Source of the DNA: Bugula neritina
Lineage: Eukaryota > Animalia > Bryozoa
Length of the DNA: 64,000 bases
Reading direction: 5' to 3'
NCBI GenBank assembly: GCA_964035545.1
Contig: OZ037767.1
Span: forward strand, 5,968,707 to 6,032,706
Below, piece by piece: positions 12,450-27,400 of this stretch; the first letter of the stretch is position 1; each line of letters starts with the position of its first letter. Both the position numbers and the translations under genes were made by a program. The notes under the pieces were generated by a model. That model was not told the origin of the DNA, ran no database searches, and saw nothing but the letters and a program-made list of their open reading frames with translations.

Positions 12450-15400
12450 ATGTCTAACTACAGTGAAGATGATGATTTTGAAGCCGAATCTGAAGAGGAT
12501 GTTGCCCTTTTAGAGGTGAATGTTTCAAAAAACAACCAACTATTAGAACGACAAGTCTCTGAACAGCCTTCTAGCCTTGGAGATGAAGAGAGTCTTACAG
12601 ATGAGATGGAGCTTCACGGGCGAGGCAACCGTATGAAGTTGAGTAACAAACCACCAGAAGCTCTACTCAGACAGTACCAGTATCAGATTGCACTTAGTCT
12701 GGAGGCTGGGAAGGTTAGGTTTCAGGAATCCTAATGTCAGACTTTACCTGCATTTGAAGTGTTGCTGCTTGTAGAATATTACAAACATATAAACTGCAAT
12801 GTATATGCATAACAATAATCTAATCAATTATTCAAGCGCAATAAAAGTTTTATATTTGTTTGTACTTTTTTGCAACAATTAAAAAGTTTTTAACTACTCT
12901 GAAGTATTTTTGGTTGCTATAATAATTTTGAATATGATTTTACAATTGCAAAAATTGTCCTTTTCATGAGTTTTATTTTATTAATTTTATTATATTGTTA
13001 TTTAGTTAAATTCACATTTATCCACTAGTTCATATTTTATTAAGTAGATACTATAAATTTTTTAGTAGTTTTATAAATAAGATGTTTCTAATATGTTATC
13101 TTTAGAATGACAGAGCAATAGAGGATCTAGTGAGATGTACAGCGCTAGCTAGAATCGTGTATGGAGACTGCCATTGGAAATATGCTGAATCTGAAGCTGA
13201 TTTAGCTAAAGGGTACTGGAAACACAAGTGTAAGCACAAAAGGTGTAACCTTTAATAAATGTCGGCAGTTGGTAGAATTTTTTATCAAGTATTTGAAAGC
13301 CTATGTAAAGCTGTGAGTACCGCTGGATTTGGAGTATAAATTGTGCTTCTCCATGACAGTAACATATACATATGAGGGCTCAACGTAGTCCAGAAGCAAT
13401 TGGACTGTTTTTCTCACATCCCCAATAGTCTTGTTAAAACGCATACGTCTGCAGTACTCTATCCCCCAAATCATCTATGCCAATACTTCTGTGACTCATC
13501 ATGACTAGAATTGGTCTAATTAATGGCTGTTGAAGGCCATTTAGTTTACATTGAATGCATCAGTGTTGACTATAGGAGGTATAGAGTGTTCATATCATTT
13601 TTATTGCAATTTAAACTTCCTACTTTTTAGCAATTGTAGCACGCATGACCACAATCTGAATGTTTTTTCTTTACTGTGTTTAATTTAAACAGTTATTTTA
13701 GCATATAGCAAGACAGGCGCTTGAAAAAATATATGATTCATAATATGAAGTTCTATTTAGAGGGATAACCTAGCAAAATATTTTATTTTATTTCTATAAA
13801 TGGTATTTTAATTAGAAGAAATATATGGTAAATTATGAGATCGTTAAACAACCTATTCTGATTTTGTATATATATCAACAATTTTCAGCAGCAGTTATTG
13901 AACTTTTATAGGTTTAAATTAAATCTATCATAATTCTTTATTAGATGTGCGGTGTCTATTAAACACAATGTATTATTAAATTCAAATTTTATTTTAATAG
14001 CAGAGAACTTGTAAGTTCGACCTTTACTGAGTAAAATCGAGAATATCGCTGCGTATTAGTTAAGGCTAAATTTTGCAAATATTGCTGTATATTAATATTG
14101 CGAAGTGTTGTGCTGTAGAAAACTCTGAAAAATCAACTTTTCACTTGTCCTATCACAAAGATACTAAATTATTATATTTTGCGCAGAAGTAGAAAATAAA
14201 CATACAAGTGAGAGCGCTGCACACTAGGTATGCACTGAAAATAGGTATCTTATAACATTGAATGTAGACCATACTCAGTCATTAAGTACAGTTAATTAAT
14301 TTTCAGTTGCACTGTATTAAGAATACATGCAATAACTAGCATCTGGTTCTGCATTTTTATAACTATAGTTTGATATTTTTAGAGTTTGTTGTTTTGTAGC
14401 CTTAGCACCACAAGCCCAGCAGCATGCCGAAGAGGCTAGAAACATAATGCTAAGAGTGGTGCAAGCTGGAGGGGCTCAAGAAGAAAGAGGCCATATTTAC
14501 AGGTTATTCTTAACTCTCTTATATATAACACTTAATGTATGTGTTGTCTATTCAATAAAACTGGTTTCAATGTGAAAGTTTTAGATTTCAAGTTTTTTTT
14601 AAACAAGTATGATCAATATGTTGTGTAATACATAGTACGTAATGCTACTGCTTTAAAAGAGAGTATAACTAGAAGTCTTATATTCCTGATATATCAATTT
14701 TAGTCCTTGCATAGTAAATAAATTTCTGTTCAAACATTTTAAGCATTGTATGTTTTAATTTGTTTGAATTAATTGGTAGTAAAAGTGCCAATATTAAGGG
14801 TTGTCTTTTCTACATTTTTTAAACCTCCAAGTAAATTCAATGGAATTGTCTTCTTTTTAAGCTCTGTATAATCCACTGTCATGTTGATGTATCTTTTAAA
14901 AGATGTTATTGCACAGTTATTTATTATTGTGCTAAACTTTTAAAAGCTAGCAAAACTTTGTATGCTCTCCGTATTATATCTACTATTACTTGTCAATATG
15001 GCAACTGCTAGTAGGTTCTGGTTTTTCACTCTCGGTGCAAAAAGGCAATGTTTCAGGCTCATAGGTGTGCATGTATATGTTTCTGTATGCACCTTCTTAT
15101 TAACCTACATTTCAGCAATTTGAACTAATTACAGCTTCAATAGTCTCAGTTTTATCTCAAAGTGACTGTTTACAATGATTGAATTACTTAAACCTGATGC
15201 TAAAGTCGAGTTTTCCCTCTCCAGAACTCTACTATCAGTGTACGTGACCCTCGGGGAAGCATACAACGCACAGCAGAAATACACTGATGCGGAGTTATGC
15301 TATCAAAAAGCTGAGAAGATTCTAGTAGAGCAGAGCAAACTTCAGCAGAAGTCTCTTTCCGGTGATGAGCAGGAATTAGACAGAGAGCTTAAATCTGAAT

Positions 15401-18400
15401 TGAAGATTGCTCAGGGCAAGTAAGTAAGCTGCAAGTGCTTGCCGTACTGCTACCTGCAGCCATCTGTCACAAGCTCTAAATGTTTGCATATCAAATGTCG
15501 GTAAAACCCTACTCACTATTAGATAACTCAGACGGAATTGAGAGAGCTCTTTCTGTGTGGAGTAAATCCTCGACTTTCGAGAATTTTTCAAATGGCTGTT
15601 AGAAAATAACAAACTAAAATAACTGAAAATAATCAAATACACATGTGCTCTATGAAAACTGTATTGTTGCTTTAACTTAAGCTTAGAATGTTACATGGTT
15701 TTTATTAAACGTATGATTAGGCATCACCTATTCTAAAATTATCAAAGGTAAGGAAATTGAAGCATATTTGATTAGCTTGCAAAAATTTTAAATAATAATT
15801 TAAGGACTAATTGATTAAGATGAGAAAATCCAATTTACACAGTATGCCCTTATGCGGCAGACTCAAAACTTATTTACTCTCGATTTTTTTAATTTTGTAA
15901 GATTCAAAATTTTTAGTACTTAAAATTTATTAGATGATGTATAGAACAAATTATATAATAATTGTCATAATTTAAACAAATTTTCGTATATGCCAAGATT
16001 TCATATTTATTCTTGCAGTAACATCACTTAAATTCATAAAGGAGTTAATTTGAGTGTTCTCAAGGAAGTAGGCATTAAGAATCTACTTAAAGAATTTGCG
16101 TCATTGTTTGTAATTAAATTCAAGTAGTTACAAAAATATAATCATTAAATATGCTTTATTTTTCACTTTGACTGCCCATAGCATTGTGTTGTTACCAATC
16201 ATACATTGCTAAACCTGTTAATCTGAATATTTTATATTATAAGCACCTTTTTGTTCGTCAGACAAACATCTGTTATTTTATTAACAAGCAAGTTTTACTA
16301 GAAACTGTGGTTTGTAATGTAGGATTAAATTTTGGATTATATCTATTAACTCCTTTTACTTGAGGTTACATCATGTTGTATTCAAATGTCAATGTTAACT
16401 GTGAGTTGAAGAGTGTTGTTTGTGTCAAACAAATCTTTACATTCAATCCATTGTTTATCAATATCAAAAGTTAATCAGTAATAAACATTAGTCATTTCCA
16501 AAGTGTCAAATTGCAATACTGAAGAATTTTTAGTCAAAATTTTTACTGGTTCCATTAGGGAATGTTTTAATATATTATGCTTCTCGTAATTTACTTGTAA
16601 GAATAAATTTTACACAAAATATATGTGATTTGTTGGGAAAATGGTTAATGAGCACAAGTTATAGTTTTCATTAAACCGAATTTATTTGCAACTGGAAATG
16701 GATTTTTTTATTCTTTTACAAAATAAATTGCTGACAAGTTGAATTCTATGTTTGGTTAGGTTGGCAGCAAACCAAAACAAAGCTGCCTCTAGTATCGCCT
16801 ACTTTGAAGAGGCAATTGTTTTGCTGCAAGAAGAATACGGAGATGATTCCATCAAACTGATTCCCCTCTACCAGATGGTTGGTAAGGTAGAGCAGAGTAG
16901 GGAAGGCGTAAACCACATCAAAAGTATTGAAGCTTTTCTTCAAGCTCACTCTATAGCCAATGCCAAGTAAGTTTCATTTGTAATTATGTCCCCTGATCTC
17001 CTCTACTTGTATAGCAATATTATTATGTTTGTGCACGACAGTATGTACACTTGCTTTACATTTATTTATAAATAATAATAATTGAGATAAATAGTGTTCT
17101 TAGATGAAAATAGCATGTCTTTTACAAGGGTCTGAACTCTTTACAGCATACCATTCTTTATAGTTGATGAGTAGTGCAAATGGGTAAGGGCTCACCTCAG
17201 ACTGCAAATATGGGTGTTGTAAGGGTTTAGACACTGAATCCTAGATTGTTTCTATTAATATATAAGAAGCATGCTCTATATTGGTAATTACTCTACCATA
17301 TTCATGCAGCTTTGATCTCTAATCACTAAGTCATGTGTAGGTATATATATTTCTGACAGGAGAAGTCAAAAATGTTTAGTTATGAAGCTTCACTGTCTGA
17401 TGGAACTAATAAGTTAATTTTCATATTCCAATTTTTATTGATCAAGACAAAAGTGTTGTTCCCACATACACTCGTTCCTTGTATAGGTTTTTGCAAAAGA
17501 AAGTAAAAATGTTGACTTACAAAATGCAGGATTACAAGAGTTTTCTTTTTTGTGTCCACTATAGTGCCATTATATGTAATGTAGTATTTGGTGAGAGAGC
17601 CTTTGCTCAATTTTGGAATGGTAAAATTTACTTATAAAATATTAGAATGGCAATAAATGAAATGAAATAAATTACGTATGTTTTCTAATGTTGACTTGTA
17701 GTTTTGGCCAATACTCCACCATGTTTTCTACATGCAGATGACAAGCACCGAATTTTAGTTGCTACTATTATATAATGACTACACAAATATTAGTGTGTTC
17801 TTTGCTTTTATATGCAGCATTGTTACAAAACACCAAGAGTTGTTTTCTTTTCTTTGTTGTATATCTTGGAGTTGTCTTATGTGAAAGTAGTTTCTTGTTT
17901 GGGAGGTATCAAAGTTAAGCATTTGTTTGTGCTTCAAATTTGAAAACCTTGTAGATTACTCATGATTACATATGTCATGATATGATAACGATTACATATT
18001 TTATAGCAACTGTTTTAGTTTACTATCACGATAGCCTTCTGGCTTCAAATTCAAATTGATAGTAAATTTCAAGAGATAGATTACCTTTTTTTTAAAGTTA
18101 TTTTTCTTTACAAATGATACTTGATCAATCTAGGCCAATCAATAAATTTAATGTAGAACTAGAAGTAGAGGTTGACTAGAAGTAGGTGTAGAACTAGAAG
18201 TAGATATTTCATGTTTCTTCAACTTCAGCTTGAGCTTCAAGTTCAAGTTGAACTTGAGCTTCAAGTTCAAGCTTAAGTTAAAATTAAAGTTAATATTTAT
18301 GATTATCCTAATTTTCAAGTGTATCATAAAGTAAAAGTTATTCAGTTGAACTTAATCATGCCCATGGTCACTATCATGGTGGTGATTTTAGTAAGACTGA

Positions 18401-21400
18401 GACTCAATATGAATAAGTATAACTTTGAGCAGAAGCTCGAAGTCTAAGAATTACTCAAAGTTAAAAATATACTACTGTTGGTTTTAGTTTCAATATTCAT
18501 AATTTGATTATAAAATTTCAAGTTTAGTAAATATTTGAAGCCTAAATAGTTTAACTTGATTAAACTTTAAAACTAATGAAACTAAAAGCAAAAAATAAGA
18601 GTTAAATTTAAATTAAAAAGAAACATAACTTTAGGTCATTATGATTAAGTTTAACTTTAAGCCTAAAGTTAACTTTAATTTCAAGTGAATAATAAGCTCT
18701 AGATGATTTATTTAAGTTTATTAGTTATATAAATAAATATTTGTTGACTGCATTCTTTTTCTCAGTAAGTTATATTTATAATTGTAGTTATGATAAATTA
18801 ATTTATATGTCATCTTGAATTTAATGCAAAATAAATATTACTATTTATATTATAGTGTTCCTTAGTGCTACTTGTTTTATGAATATGATGATCATGGTCA
18901 GTATGACTATAATTCTAAGTTGTCTAAATATAACTTCTATTTGCAATCTATACATGTATCATGATATTTTTCATTCACACCAATACTAATAGCTATTACT
19001 TATAAGCTTTTGCTTCAAGTTTATATTAATACTTAGTCTTATTATTTCAGTGGATTATTTGAACACTCTCAGTATAACATTAACGGTGTACATCGCTGTA
19101 TAGATTACATTTAATAGCTTAATTATTAGTATTAGCTTTAAGTATAAGTTTTAGTTTGAGTATAACTGTGAAGTTGCCTTTATACCTTCATGATTTTCGG
19201 TCAGAATTTCAATTTGGCCGGGTTGAAATTTCACCGAGTTGAAATTTCACCGAGTTGCATTGCATTGTAAAAGCCACTCGTAAAAATTTTTGTACTGTGA
19301 TAAGCCTAGGCCCACCTTTGCTACTTGTGATTTAAATTTTCGCATGCGAAAATACGTGCAGTGTGGCCCTAGGCTAACTTAATCGGCCAACTTTAGAATA
19401 GGGGTAATAACTCCTTGTAAACATCGTTATTTAGTTATTACTTTGGCGATTAGACAACGTACTTATACGGTTATAATTATATAGCCTACGCCTTCTCAAT
19501 TATCGCTTTTATCCTGTCCGCTTCACTAATTCACGATGTTTACAAAGGGCATTAAATAGCTATTATGCGAGTCAAATTTCAATTTCAGAAAGTGAGCAAC
19601 CGCATCAATATGATTTCAACGAGTTTCAGTTTGACTATAAAGTGGTACCCGGGCAAGCATTATTAACTTAAACTCGGTACTTTTTGCAGCAGAGGTATAA
19701 ACGTAACTTAACTCTGGTGCGTTATAAAAAAGACATCAATATATCTTTCAATACATGAAGTCTATCAGACTATAATATATTTTATAAATATGGCTGAAAT
19801 AGCATTAAGTATGCATTGAGTTGTTGTTTACTTTTATTCATTAGTTCCCTTAGTTTTAGTTCATTTTGGAGCAAGGTTAAAGTTCACCACATTAGAGGCT
19901 GTGACTATATATATTTGTTTGGTATCTCAGCTTTCATTTCTCTTCTCACATTGTATCTTTGATACCCTTGCTTACTCTGCTACTTTTATCTTCTTGTACT
20001 CTATCCTCAGTGTGAATATCATTATCTTTTCAGTATCAGCTAATACTTTATTAAGAAAAGTTGCTATATTTTGTTGTTTTTAATTTGGCTATCCTAGATT
20101 TTCCAGTAATAAATTAACTATATTTGATTTAGGGATGGCCTATTACCCCTTATTGAGTCTTGCCTCTGTAGTTCACAATAATGACGAGTCATTTAATTTG
20201 ACTTAAGTATTACATGGGCCAGTTTGTATGGGACTGATGTATAAAAGTTTCCCTGTGTTCTGGTGTTGATAGTAACAGAAAGTCTCTTAGGTTCTTTTAC
20301 TGCATTAAAATCAACTGCATGCTATCAACTCTTTTGTCTAAGAGTTCTACGTTTCTTACAAATTAAAAATAAAACTTCTAAGCAATGGAAATTTATTATT
20401 TAAATAATGATTTGCAAAATTCAGACAAATATAAGTTTTCATGTGCCAGTCTCTAGTCACATGGCTACCTGTTTGGTTTCCAGATTGTTGGAGTTACATT
20501 CTCTTTACAGTTACAGTGAAGGCACAGAAGAACTAGCAGAGACTGGTCACCAACTGGCTTTAGCATACACAAGAGCAGCTGTGGAAGATAAAGATGCTGA
20601 AAGTAAGTATTCAGAGTTGTCTTCTCCTTCAGCTGCTTTACTGATATTCTAAAATTAATTCACTCTCCATTTAAAGCTGGCCATTAAAATCAAATTCAAT
20701 TTGGATGTCTGTTTCAACAAAATTGTAAAACAAATGTATTTGTTGAAAATATATGTCCACTAAAGTTAGATCAACTGACATTAATTCTGTCTTTGTTTGC
20801 CAAGTATATGTAAAAACCATGTTAAACATCATCATTTAATGTTTCTGTTATTGCATTAGTTTATGGATTGACTCAAGGAAATTTAGTTTCGAAATACTGC
20901 CTGGCATCTACACAAAACTCTCTTCATTTATTATGTAAAACTATTCTCAGATCTTTATTATTATGTTTGTTAGTAATTTTTAGTTTGATTTCAACTTTAA
21001 TACAAAATAAAGTATTATAGACGCAGAGAACATAAAACATATCAAATACAATCAGCTGCATCACATGAACCGGTAGTTGAAGGATCATCAAAATATTCTC
21101 CCTCCATTATTCCTTCTAATCCTACCACAGCAGATAATCTCTCTTATACGGTGATTAATATTCATCGTGGTTAATAAGGTTAAGGTGGTAATCCTGACAT
21201 TGCGTCACTCGGGCCTGTCCCGTATACCTAAGCTACACGTAGGCTTTAGCTGCACTTTTTAGGTTAGGTGAGATGATATCAAATAGTGCCAATCTATATT
21301 ATGATTTTATATTGTGCACTTTTTCAGGTGTTAATTTATTTTTACTACTAATTCCATCATACATAGGTGGAATAGGGCCTTATGTGGACAGTTACTCAAC

Positions 21401-24400
21401 ATTCATTTTTAAATATAAGTTTTCTAACCATTTACACATTCTTGCATATGAATACGTGTTTATTCAATATATACATATACTGCTACATATTAACAGAGGT
21501 GAGTTGGTGGATAGATTACATGTATAAAATCCGCTGTTCAGAATAAAAATATCTGTAATAATGAATAATGAGGTGACAATCTATGTTCAGTAACCTTTGT
21601 TGTTATTTAAAATGTTGCCATCATCAAATTTATGGTATTGGTTGATTCAACATTGGAATGGTAGAAACTGTCCATTGTAGTAAAGACTGGAATATAAGAG
21701 CAAATACTTTAGTAAATATTTTATCTCATCTATTTCTATATGAAATTTATATTTTATAAATAAAATTATATTAAACTCCTTTTATACCAAATGTTTATAT
21801 AATTACTTTCTGTGTCATTTTATATCACAGCACTAGTAGTTTAGTGAAACTAAACTTTTTGCTTACAACCTGCTTTGTTATAATATGTGTTATAATATAT
21901 CAGAACAAGTCAGGTAGGGAAGGACCACCACACCTCCCCCCCTCCCTTCTCTATAGCTCACAAAACTTGTATAGTTATTCTGATCTATGGCCATAATCCT
22001 TAGAGCAAGCTCAGTTAATAAAATTAGTGGTAAACTTTTATTTGTTTAATACTGTTTATTTAATGATTTTATGGAATAAAATGAAAGTGATTTGGTTTAG
22101 ATGAGATATTTTCAAAGGATTGAATGGTTGCCCAAATGTTCCATATATCACTGAAATGATACACTTATAGCACTTGGCCCTCTGATAAGATTCCTATTAG
22201 TTGCCTGACCACATATTTTGTAACGCATTAACTGTTCTACAAGCCCTTTTACACTTTACTACCATTAAGAGACACATAAATTGGCACCTTAAGGTGTTGC
22301 ATTAAAATTATCTGACCTTATTATCAAAGTGAAAAAATTTTAATGTCACATCCCCTCAATAATTGCTTAATATTATGTATTATATTGTGTTATTTCGGTC
22401 TTGTAGCATCTGCAGAGAGCTACTTGAATGAATGTATTGCCACATACCTATCTCTATATGGACCCAATCATGAGAAAACCCTTCGCTGTCAAGATGAGAT
22501 TGCTCGGCTTATGATTAGAACTGACCGATCTGATGAAGCCATTCAGGTCAGCTTCCCTACTACCCTCCCACTACCTCCTCTACCTCTCCTTCCCTCCCAC
22601 TACCCACCACCTCTCACTTTCCCAGTTATACAGCGTCACTATACAATGGCAAAGAGATGTGAATTTTATTCACATTGTGTTCTCTTTTAAAGATTAGTTG
22701 AAATATTAGTATAAAACATAATATATTAATGAACAAATTTCTTATGAATTTTTAGTAGCTCGTCACACTGAAAATGTTTAATTTTTTCAGTTTGGTCAAA
22801 GAAATATGTTTGATTTCAACTTTTCTCGAGAAATTATGCAATTAAATGTGGAATTTACACATCACTGGGTCATCATCATAGCAGTCTGTTTTTGTTTTGG
22901 TTTGATCCCACATCTTCATCGCCTCTATATTTAGCCTTCTTCTGCCAGCAATTTCTATCCATACCAATCTTCTTCATAGTTCTTCTTACAGTGTCTTTAA
23001 ATCTCAGTCTGGGCCTTTCTGGGTTACATTTCCCTTCTTTCAGCTGTGAATAAAGGAGTTTTCTAGGTACTGCAGTGTATTCAATCACGTCTTTTTGAAA
23101 TTAAGATCAATTAAACTAGCTTATTGTTCTGAAGATAAACTGTATTGTCTGTTAGAACATTTTGTTCAGTGCCAGTATCTGATTTTCTCTTGCAGCTGCT
23201 AAGATCCACTTTACCAGCTAAGAGGGAAACGTTTGGTGAATATTCACAGAGTCTAGCCTCTACTTATAAACTACTCGGATCTGTTCACATGTCGCAAGGC
23301 AACATGGAAAAGGCTTTAAAGTCTATGAACAAAGTAAGAATTATAGACCTTGATTATGTTCTTCCTGATCACATCCCTCCTATTGCTACTCACTACTTCC
23401 ATGTTGTACACCAGTCTGTAGAAAGTTTATAGAGCTTTAAAGGAGCAGGTAATTAAGGCTTTACACCATTACTAGCATTATCCATGAAATGGTATCAAAT
23501 TCGAATTAGTAGAAATTTCATCACCTGTTTAAACCATTATTGAGCAATTAAACAATTCCTGCTTAGGAAAGTATACCAAGTTTTCTTCCCTGTCATTTCG
23601 AAGTAGCTTTTTAAAACTACAGACATTTTCAGCTTTGAGAGCGTGCTTTCGGAGCAATAAAAGGTAAGATGAAAGTTGGTGGGGTTTCTGGTAAGTTGAA
23701 GTGTGTTGTCAAGCAGGCACGTTACTGAACCTCCATGACTAGTGCCGTATTTATAGGAGCTGAGTGAAGCCGAGCTGCAGTATAGAACTCTTCAACAGCA
23801 GCACCTATCTCAGCTGCAAAATGCTTTAGAAGAAAAAGATAAGCAGCTCGCGGATGGAAAAGCACTTTTCAATCAGCTCAAAAATGATTTTAAATACAAT
23901 TTGAGGCTTTTGCAAGAAAGAGACGATGAACTGCAACAAAACGATGTCACAATAGCCCAATTACGAGATCAGCTCAGTCAGCAACTGGAGCAGGTCAGCC
24001 AACTTGGCATCAAGTTACAGGAAGCCAGTGAAAATGGTGCAAAATTGGAACAGGCTCTTTCTGATAACGAAAAGAGATTTCATAAGCAGCTACAAAGTGA
24101 CCGAGCTGATTTTGACAAAAGGTTTAGTGAAAAATTATCAGAATATAATGCTGAGCGGTTGGAATGGAACTGCCAGAAAAGGGCTCTGGAAGAGAATTGC
24201 AAGGTAACATGTGTTAATTGATTTTACGAAATTTACTAGTTTGCTTAGTATCTCGTCTCATCAGTTTTCTCCATCAAGTGTTGATAGCAATCAAAGTTTT
24301 TAATGCATCTGCATTTGATCTCTTGAGTTATATGTTCTCATTACGTAGGCCACAGCTCATTGCTTTATTATAGCATGGTCTAGTGATAATCCATCATATA

Positions 24401-27400
24401 TTCATCAAATTCGTAAATATTCTGTGATCTGTGGTGTCTCAGTGCTTTGGCTTATTTGACATAAATTCTAGATGTTATTCAAACCCTTTTGAAGATTTTT
24501 CCATGAATCACATCTATAATAGCAAAAATATGGATTCATACTGTTTACAATGTTGTGTGTGGTAGTTAAAACTATGAACAAGTAAATTGCTTTTTTCTAT
24601 CAACATGTGCTTAATGACAAAAATTAACGTTTTGTAGATTTTTAGTTTTTGTATAGAATTGCCGGCCTGTTTTCTTTTTACAATAATTTGGTGCTGAGCA
24701 TTATTTTAGTGTAATGTGCTTATATGTAAGATGTTCATCAAGTTATTCAAATATGAACTAAACTTGTTAACTCAACTTTTGCTTTTGGCAAATTTTTTTA
24801 AGATTCATGTTGCATGTGCGTAATTGCATTACAATAGCTTCGATAGGTTTGTTAATGTTTACCAGTGTTCCTCATATGCAGTGCTGTTGATAATCATAAT
24901 ATTTCCTGCACACGTTTTCATTAAATATAGCTGGAAATAACCATTGTAGATATCTGAGGAGAAGCGACTGGCTGAAAAGAGAGAAACACAGATGCTGTTT
25001 GAAGAACAGCTTGCATCTAGAGAAAAAGATTGGAAAACAAGAATAGAAGAGCTTGAAATGCAAGCATTGAGCCATGAGCTTCGTGCAACATGTTTGACTA
25101 CTGAAACTGAAAAACTCAGGGAAGACAGAGTTAAAAAGTGTCAAATTGTAGAGAATGCTGAAGGAATGCAGCGTCAACTTGAGAATAAGTTGAAGCAAAG
25201 TAAGTGGGAGCTGGAGGACTATCGTGGGATGTGCACACGTAGGATTCAAGACCTCGAGTCTCAAATCGCTCACACAGAACAATCGCAGAAAGCATTAGTA
25301 GAAAAATATGAACGGAAAATTATTCAATGTGAGGCTAGACTTCAGGAAACAGTTGAGCGACACGAGAAGGTCGCGTGTAGTCATCAAGACAAAGTTAACA
25401 CTCTGAATAGTGCTATAAGGGAGCTAAAGGATGCACTCTCAAACAAAGAGACTGATCTTGCTAAACTCGGCTGGAAAGTAGAAGATCTGGTAACCGAGCG
25501 GAACAAGCTGGTGGAGAACCATGTTTTAGAAAAGTCAAAACTTCAGAATGAGATCAAAACTTTAGAGTCTAAGAATGACTCTAATAGATTAAAAGAAGAA
25601 GTAACTTATTTGAAGAACTGCTTAACGGAATTGAAGGAGGAAGTTGCATCACAAAAGGTTTCCATAGAAAATTACCAAGCCAAGCTAGCAGTGGCAGCTG
25701 ATGAACTTTCTGAAGCAGACAGGCAGCGTGCAAAGTTAGAGCTTGATTGTCAGCAAAGATGTCTGCAAATAGAACGTGAGCAGCATAAAAAGTCAGAAGA
25801 CCTTATTTCTCGACTTTCTCAAGCTAAGGACCGTGCTGAGGTAACAGTCAAACGGCTGGAAAAAGAAGCAAATCTGCATCAGCAAGCTATTAATGAATTA
25901 AAAAAAGAGAGAAACAATGCATACAACACTCTTGCTGCTCACGGTATTGCTTTAGCATTTTCAGATGTAAAGTCTTCTAGTAACTCAAATGTTACACAAT
26001 CAGAGGTCACACAACTGAAGGCTCAAAATGACAACCTGAAGAAAGTGGTAGCTCAAATGAGACAGGCTGCGGAACATGAAGGTTCTTCGAATCCTTCTGT
26101 CTATTTCAACCAATCACACATATATGTGAAAAGCTTAGAAGACGAGATAACACAATTGAAGCAGCAAGTTCGAGAGAAGGAAAGAGCAGCTATGGCAGTG
26201 GCTCCAGCAACTAGTGATTTGGTCAACTCTGTTCTTTCAGCCGGAGATGCTGGTGTACAGAAGGTTGTGGCGTCACTAAACTCAGATATAGCGGCATTGC
26301 GATCTGAGAAAGTGAGCTTGACGGCTGCGAGTCGAAAACAGCAAATAGAAATAGAACAGCTGAAATCAGAATTGCACAAGCTTGAGATGAGTCCAAAGAA
26401 CATACAGGTTGAGTTAGAGCAATGTCGTTATGAACTTAACTCAGTCTGTAGACGTTTCGAACATGATGGTGCATCATACAAGCAACGGATTGGAGATTTG
26501 GAGAAGCAGTTAGAATGTACTCGTGAAGAGGCTGCTGAATATCACAAAAATTTGCTTTCAATGAATGCTGAAAACCAGGCACTCTCAACCCAGCTGTCCA
26601 ACCTTAGTATGCTGCAAGCTAGATCTGGTAGTGCCATCAACTACGGCGCTCAGGAGTTGGTTATTCAGAACTTACAAGATGAGGTTAGCCAACTTACATG
26701 CTCTTTACACTCTGTTCAAAAAATATATGATTTTTAGAACTGTTTCAATATTTTCTAATGATATACTCAGATCCTATAACTAAATGTTTAGTTTTTCAAA
26801 GTTTCAAAAATATTAAGATAGCTTTTGCTGTGTTAACTTTCTGATTAGACGACTTTCTCATTTACACATCTTTAATAAATTTCATACCAACTTTGAATAC
26901 GTATGTTATTTGAGTAATAAAAAGTATGTTGATCACTTGATAAAATACCTTAACTATGAGGAAAGCATTTTGCTGTTCAGTAAGATGTTGTATTTATTCT
27001 TATACAGAATGCTAGATTGCGGAACTTGGTAAAAGACAAATCAGAAGGAATTGATGGTAGTAAAGAACTCTCAAAAGCACTGTCTCAAGTAGTTCAATTA
27101 AAAAAGGAAAAGATTGTTTTAACAGAATTAAGCAACAAATTGAGATCAGAGCTATTAAAAACAGGAGTTGATCCTCATAGAGTTAATGAACCAGCTCATA
27201 AAACTATTTCGAATTTGGGTTCTGCAGCTGTTCAAAGAGATTTACCAAGCAACATAAAAATGGCTGAAGCTGTTTCTAGCAAATTGCATCAATTAGAAAA
27301 CATCCAGTATCAGTTAACGAAGGCAAAAATAAGTGGAGTATCGCAGAAGGAGAAGAAGATTGCAGATTATACTCAAACTTCACCTCCAACTAAACAAGTG

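Noticed and set aside
13315-13459. Short inverted ends gagtaccgc...gcagtactc
   Set aside because: Only 9 bp with a mismatch, no clear target duplication and no second copy.
17380-17960. Possible antisense nested gene in TTC23 intron 5
   Set aside because: The ORF starts at TTG and shows no homology; I could not build a consistent exon chain.
21060-21560. CpG-richer segment that may be a repeat insertion
   Set aside because: No definable termini and no second copy in the window.
26101-26403. Antisense ORFs over CCDC57 (also 24872-25282)
   Set aside because: Shadow frames of a coiled-coil coding exon.
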